From a phage, in assembly GCA_021031555.1 (NCBI GenBank), contig GCA_021031555.1_4954.2: a stretch of 16,567 nt of DNA, one strand, 5' to 3'. Positions 15,580 to 16,567 of this stretch are shown here, piece after piece. The notes below the pieces were generated by a model, which saw only the letters and a program-made list of their open reading frames with translations, was not told where the DNA came from and did not search any database. A program made the translations under genes and the position numbers. Numbering within the stretch: the first letter of the stretch is position 1; every line of letters begins with the position of its first letter.

Positions 15580-15790
15580 TATTTTCAGATTCCTTAATTT
15601 CCTGCAGAAGTTTGAAACTGTAGTCACCTATTTTTCGATCGAACCACGGTTTCTGTGTTTTTGCATAATGATATGCTTTTTTACCGTAAACAGAGTGTGC
15701 ACCATAACTACCGAACTGACATTTCGGACACCCGACACCGTTGTTAAATATCCATTCACAGGAAGCACACACTCGTAGTTTAGCGATCAT
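15539..15790 (-). CDS. Zinc-ribbon-like small protein (83 aa; CASCEW...CPKC)
   Basis: ORF track; AGGAG RBS. Confidence 0.5.
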   Translation of the reverse strand: MIAKLRVCASCEWIFNNGVGCPKCQFGSYGAHSVYGKKAYHYAKTQKPWFDRKIGDYSFKLLQEIKESENNEKYRLQRSFKSC

Positions 15791-15796
15791 GGTAAC

Positions 15797-16072
15797 TTAC
15801 TCCTGTTTCTCCCCGCAGAACGGGCAATAAGACATTTTGATGTTGGTTTCCAGGCGTGTGAAGTTCTTCGCCAGTTCACCGTTTTTCTTTTTAGCACGGT
15901 ATGCAAGACGATATTTCAACATAACGTGAGTTTTACCTGATTCAAGTCCAAAACACTGATTATCCCAGCCAACTTTATCAAACAGGTTAGTGCTGACTTC
16001 CGAACCTACTGGTACTTTTTCCATCAGACGTTTTTGAAGTTCGTCACCAACTTTTTTCATGCAATCACACAT
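15797..16072 (-). CDS. Cys-rich small protein (91 aa; MCDC...CPFCGEK)
   Basis: ORF track; GAGG RBS; ATG overlaps the upstream stop (TAATG). Confidence 0.55.
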   Translation of the reverse strand: MCDCMKKVGDELQKRLMEKVPVGSEVSTNLFDKVGWDNQCFGLESGKTHVMLKYRLAYRAKKKNGELAKNFTRLETNIKMSYCPFCGEKQE

Positions 16073-16233
16073 TATGCATACCTCGATAGGCGTTTTAATT
16101 TAACGATCAACCTTGTGACTTTACTCCAGTCAGATTCAGTAAAATCGTCCACATCTTTAGCCCATAACTCATTAACATGTCGTGGGTTATATGGTTCTTT
16201 CTTGACAGGCTGTTTCCGTTTCTTTTTACCCAT
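16072..16233 (-). CDS. Small basic protein (53 aa, MGKKKRKQPVKKEPYNPRH...)
   Basis: Hand translation; coupled to the downstream gene; weak GGGGAA RBS. Confidence 0.35.
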   Translation of the reverse strand: MGKKKRKQPVKKEPYNPRHVNELWAKDVDDFTESDWSKVTRLIVKLKRLSRYA

Positions 16234-16236
16234 AGG

Positions 16237-16365
16237 TTATTCCCCAGGGTGACGGATGTTTAGATCCGGGAGAATTTGCATCATCGCCACACGAGGCATC
16301 ACAAGAAATGCCGAATATGACAACCCGAACCACGTATGTAGGTCTTTTCGATAACTATTGTCCAT
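16237..16365 (-). CDS. Possible small ORF (42 aa), first after promoter copy 7
   Basis: Hand translation; weak AAAGG RBS; about 40 nt downstream of the predicted -10. Confidence 0.25.
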   Translation of the reverse strand: MDNSYRKDLHTWFGLSYSAFLVMPRVAMMQILPDLNIRHPGE

Positions 16366-16408
16366 CGCCTTTACCTTTTTGAGTTATGCCCGATATTGGG
16401 TTGAGTTA

Positions 16409-16450
16409 AAGATACCCCACCGCTTGCAATCCGTCAAGAATTATTTTAAA
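16409..16450 (-). promoter_or_regulatory. Conserved promoter element copy 7 (-35 TTGACG, -10 TATCTT)
   Basis: Minus-strand TTTAAAATAATTCTTGACG-GATTGCAAGCGGTGGGG-TATCTT. Confidence 0.6.
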
Positions 16451-16455
16451 GATAC

Positions 16456-16479
16456 AGTTAATACAGAACGTGTACTAAC
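16456..16479. repeat. 24-bp direct repeat copy 1 with internal palindrome (cagttaatacagaacgtgtactaa)
   Basis: Repeated at 16518..16541 with 2-3 mismatches; its 3' half overlaps a copy of the 16-bp repeat family. Confidence 0.6.
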
Positions 16480-16485
16480 TGTACA
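16470..16485. repeat. 16-bp repeat GTGYAYTARCTGTAMA, copy near window end (gtgtactaactgtaca)
   Basis: Matches the copies at 40..55 and 176..191. Confidence 0.55.
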
Positions 16486-16517
16486 TGGTTTTACATAGGT
16501 TTCATGATTTTGAGTTG

Positions 16518-16541
16518 CAGCTAATACAGAACGTGTATTAG
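16518..16541. repeat. 24-bp direct repeat copy 2 with perfect palindrome AATACA-gaacg-TGTATT
   Basis: cagctaatacagaacgtgtattag; operator-like dyad. Confidence 0.6.
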
Positions 16542-16567
16542 TAGATCATAGATTCATAGATCACGTC

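Noticed and set aside
1451-16450. The 18-bp conserved core considered as CRISPR repeats or transposon terminal repeats
   Set aside because: Copies are 1.5-4 kb apart, all direct with no inverted partners, there are no short uniform spacers and no transposase or cas genes; position relative to gene starts fits a promoter.
1-16567. tRNA, rRNA or other structured RNA genes
   Set aside because: No 70-90 nt region with cloverleaf-like complementarity or rRNA-like sequence was seen by eye; a tRNAscan-type search would be needed to be sure.

Overview
The window reads as a segment of a tailed-phage (Caudoviricetes) genome or prophage with enterobacterial-style ribosome-binding sites. All calls come from reading the sequence and the ORF track by eye; no searches were run. 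The + strand carries a DNA-packaging and head module: small terminase (288..923), large terminase (5677..7440), a putative portal (9130..10485) and a Mu-F/SPP1-gp7-like head morphogenesis protein (14202..15161). These late genes are interrupted by four minus-strand cassettes of small, tightly coupled genes (about 1020..5539, 7566..8987, 10518..12811, 15158..16365). Recognisable cassette genes are an RdgC-family protein and a dUTPase; the rest are Cys-rich zinc-ribbon-like proteins, small membrane proteins and a beta-solenoid repeat protein. Seven copies of a ~29-bp element (core GTCAAGAATTATTTTAAA) sit in the same orientation in front of minus-strand genes and read on the minus strand as UP element, TTGACG -35, 17-bp spacer and a TAnnnT -10. 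Other signals are a 16-bp repeat family (GTGYAYTARCTGTAMA) with palindromic sites at both window ends, a terminator hairpin that contains the head-morphogenesis RBS, an ORF split by one in-frame amber codon, and a domain shared by two cassette proteins. No rRNA, tRNA, CRISPR array or transposase was seen.
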